Below the pieces are notes generated by a model. The model ran no database searches. It worked only from the letters and a program-made list of their open reading frames with translations, and was not told the DNA's origin. From assembly GCA_038885755.1 (NCBI GenBank), contig JAVZZH010000001.1, positions 519,413 through 583,412 on the forward strand: DNA of 64,000 nt, in the 5' to 3' direction. Below, one piece after another: positions 61,720 through 64,000 of this stretch. The DNA is from Candidatus Caldarchaeum sp. (GTDB taxonomy: Archaea > Thermoproteota > Nitrososphaeria_A > Caldarchaeales > Caldarchaeaceae). The position numbers and the translations under genes are program-made. Each line of letters opens with the position of its first letter. Positions within the stretch are counted from its first letter, which is position 1.

Positions 61720-64000
61720 TGGAGTTGATCGACTCGGCTGTTCTTCTGAAGAGCATGGATTATGACTTCCATGTATTCGTAGAGGATGCTGTGAAGCCTC
61801 TGACGGTTGGGGAGAGGTTCTCCGACATCCTGCCCGGGTTAGGCGGGTCGACGAGTCCAAGGGGGCGGAGCCTCGCCGAGCGACGCCTGTACGTCCACCA
61901 GAAAAAGGCTCTGGAAGACCTCTCTTCAGGCTTGAACCTCGTGCTGAAGGCGGGTACGGGGAGCGGGAAGACGGAGGCATGGTTTCTTTACGCAGCCAAG
62001 AATAAAGTTAAGACTTTAGCCGTGTATCCCACGCTCGCTCTCGCGAACGACCAGCAGCAAAGACTGTCAGATTACTGCAACGAGCTCGGCATGGCGTTAG
62101 AATCGATCGACGCCTCGAGGAAGCAAGAACATCTCAAGAACATGGGCGTCAGGGAGCTCCGGAGAAAGATAACCGAGGCCGACATCGTCGTAACCAACCC
62201 TGCGTTCCTGCTGAACGAGTTGAAGAGAATAGCTTTCGGTCAGCCTTCACTGCTGAGGGACTTTCTCGCAGGCTGCGGGCTCGTCGTGCTGGACGAGTTC
62301 GACTTTTACGGCCCAAGGTCGACATCCATACTCCTAGCCATGATGAAGGTTGTCGTGGAGATCATCAACCCTAGAATCCAGATAACCATCATGACAGCAA
62401 CCCTGCAAGACCCTCACGAAGTAGCCGAGATACTGACCGCAATCAACGGCCGGCGAACGTCTGTAGTCGACGGACAAGCCTTCCACCCCGAGAACAGGAC
62501 CTACCTAGTTTTGGGGAAATCGCTCGAGGATTTGTGGACTAGGGTCCGGGCTCAAGCCGGACTGCTGAAGTCGGCGGGTGTTGGCTATGACGTGATTAAA
62601 AGCTTGGAGGACTTCGAGCTTTTTCGGATAAACTTCTTCAAGGTTGTTGAGGCTGCGGAGGCGTGTGGAATAGACGTGAAGGGTTTCTTCGACGACCCGG
62701 CTGAGGTTCTAAGCCGGTACGCCAGCGACGACGCTCTTACTCTCGTCTTCACAAACAGCATAGCTGCTGCCGAGGAGATGGCTAGACGTGTCTCAACCAA
62801 GCTGGGCAGCTCTGAAGCCGTGGCTACACATCATCATCTCTTGCTCAAGACTCAGAGGCAGGAGGTTGAGGAGAAGGCACGTAGCGGTGTGGTGAGAGTC
62901 ATCTTCACTCCGAGGACGCTCAGTCAGGGAATAGACATAGGAGAGGCGAGGAGAGTGGTTCACCTCGGACTGCCTAAGAATGTAAGGGAGTTTCGGCAGA
63001 GGGAGGGGCGGAAGGGTAGGAGGCCTGAGGCCGAGTGGACCGAGACAATCGTGATCCCTTACAGCAGTTGGGACAGACATCTTCTTTCCAAGGGCGTGGA
63101 TGTCTTCAAGAAATGGCTTGACCTGCCGCTGGAGAAGTCTGTCGTCAACCGGGACAACCTATACGGCTACTTGTTCAAGGCTTTGTTCTCGTTCATGTCG
63201 CCGCTGACGAGAGGCCGGATGACCAAGGACGAGGTTTTGTTTCTGAGGAATCTCGGGCTCGAGAGGGATGGTGCACTTACAACGCTGGGCAAATATGCAT
63301 GGCTAAAAATGAACTTCTACGAGTTCGCCCCGCCCTACGGAGTGAAGAGGTGGAGGGTAAGGGATGACGGCGGGCTTAGAAACTTGGAGGACATATCGCA
63401 TGTTGACTTGGTCGAGAAGTTCCAGCCGGGAGCCATAGACCCTAGCAGCGACGGAGTTGTTGTGGAGGCCAAGCTCGGCGGGTCGAGGGGCCGGGTTGTG
63501 ACGGCCGTCGTAGTTGATGATTTGAGGGAGAGCCGTCTGAGGCGTGTGGACGCCTTGGCTCCTGTGCTGGAGGAGTACGAGAGGACGAAGCTAAAGTGGG
63601 GTGAAACACCCGACCTGAGAAGAGACTACCGCACAGGCCGTCTGCAGTCATTAATCCACCTCGTAGCCCACGTTCCGTCCAACGGGTTCGGATACTTCAC
63701 AGAGTTCCCAAACAGAGTCGAGTGGCGGATAGCCTCCGAGAAGAGACAATTCCTAACCTTCGGAGAGCGAACACTGGTGTCAAGGGTTTACAAGACAGTC
63801 GAGGTGCCGACGCCAACCTACGGAGTTTACGGAGACTACACATACGGGTTGACCGTCGAGGCATCTCCCCACGACGAGCAAGCTTTCCTCCGAGTCGGAG
63901 CCTGCTTCATAGTCATAGTTTTCAGAAGAGTCTACAACATTTCGCTAGACCTTTTGAAGTACGACGTTCACGTGGTCGGCGAGAGGAAGGTCGTCTCTTT
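61719..64000 (+). CDS. SF2 DExD/H-box helicase with a large uncharacterised C-terminal region, 3'-truncated at the window end
   Basis: Hand translation from the ATG overlapping the upstream stop (TGATG) stays open to the window end (>760 aa). Motifs: Q (YVHQ), I (KAGTGSGKT), Ia (YPTLALANDQ), II (VLDEFD), III (MTAT), V (TLSQGIDIG), VI (QREGRKGR). Absent from the ORF track because no stop lies in the window. Confidence 0.75.
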   Translation, partial: MELIDSAVLLKSMDYDFHVFVEDAVKPLTVGERFSDILPGLGGSTSPRGRSLAERRLYVHQKKALEDLSSGLNLVLKAGTGSGKTEAWFLYAAKNKVKTLAVYPTLALANDQQQRLSDYCNELGMALESIDASRKQEHLKNMGVRELRRKITEADIVVTNPAFLLNELKRIAFGQPSLLRDFLAGCGLVVLDEFDFYGPRSTSILLAMMKVVVEIINPRIQITIMTATLQDPHEVAEILTAINGRRTSVVDGQAFHPENRTYLVLGKSLEDLWTRVRAQAGLLKSAGVGYDVIKSLEDFELFRINFFKVVEAAEACGIDVKGFFDDPAEVLSRYASDDALTLVFTNSIAAAEEMARRVSTKLGSSEAVATHHHLLLKTQRQEVEEKARSGVVRVIFTPRTLSQGIDIGEARRVVHLGLPKNVREFRQREGRKGRRPEAEWTETIVIPYSSWDRHLLSKGVDVFKKWLDLPLEKSVVNRDNLYGYLFKALFSFMSPLTRGRMTKDEVLFLRNLGLERDGALTTLGKYAWLKMNFYEFAPPYGVKRWRVRDDGGLRNLEDISHVDLVEKFQPGAIDPSSDGVVVEAKLGGSRGRVVTAVVVDDLRESRLRRVDALAPVLEEYERTKLKWGETPDLRRDYRTGRLQSLIHLVAHVPSNGFGYFTEFPNRVEWRIASEKRQFLTFGERTLVSRVYKTVEVPTPTYGVYGDYTYGLTVEASPHDEQAFLRVGACFIVIVFRRVYNISLDLLKYDVHVVGERKVVS

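Noticed and set aside
1-64000. CRISPR arrays, IS elements/transposases, integrases, rRNA genes
   Set aside because: No regularly spaced direct repeats, terminal inverted repeats with transposase ORFs, or rRNA-like conserved stretches were seen. The only repeat-like tracts are the GAR-codon run at 1000-1080 and short palindromes.

Overview
The window reads as a GC-rich (~58%) crenarchaeal chromosome segment dominated by conserved core information-processing genes; all identifications rest on recalled family motifs, since no database search was possible. The central feature is the large ribosomal-protein operon on the minus strand running uL22, uS3, uL29, RNase P Rpp29, uS17, uL14, uL24, S4e, uL5, uS14, uS8, uL6, L32e, L19e, uL18, uS5, uL30, uL15 and SecY, followed by a DUF106/YidC-like gene, L34e, and the cmk/L14e/cbf5 neighbourhood. 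Other conserved blocks are L44e-S27e-aIF2alpha, L7Ae-S28e-L24e-Ndk-aIF2gamma-PIN-RpoE'-Spt4, S6e-S24e-S27ae, the KEOPS genes (Kae1, Bud32, Pcc1), RNase P Pop5/Rpp30, and TFS-RpoL-Csl4-Dph2. Flanking these are metabolic genes: MoeA (5'-truncated), an APC permease, AspRS, GluRS, a split MetE, a mevalonate-pathway cluster (MVK-IPK-IDI2 with a MEMO1-like gene), a hydantoinase and a three-subunit molybdo-hydroxylase, and Tat genes. I found no CRISPR array, IS element or rRNA. The most notable observations are these. First, the cbf5 reading frame is split by a 14-nt insertion exactly where an in-frame join restores the conserved GHGGTLDP motif, consistent with the known crenarchaeal cbf5 bulge-helix-bulge (BHB) mRNA intron. 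Second, aIF5B carries a 162-aa mini-intein inserted in its P-loop. Third, a tRNA-Ser(GGA) was found by hand folding. Fourth, four sub-60-aa genes missing from the ORF track were recovered: uS14, L24e, S27ae and a 37-aa lysine-rich protein with its own promoter and terminator. Fifth, a 35-aa extremely acidic peptide ORF ending in -EEF sits behind a palindrome. Sixth, an AN1-zinc-finger domain is fused to an M50 membrane protease. Seventh, a tightly overlapped three-gene cassette (FAD oxidoreductase, GGCT-like, SF2 helicase with an unassignable C-terminal region) runs off the window end and is the best candidate here for an uncharacterised system.
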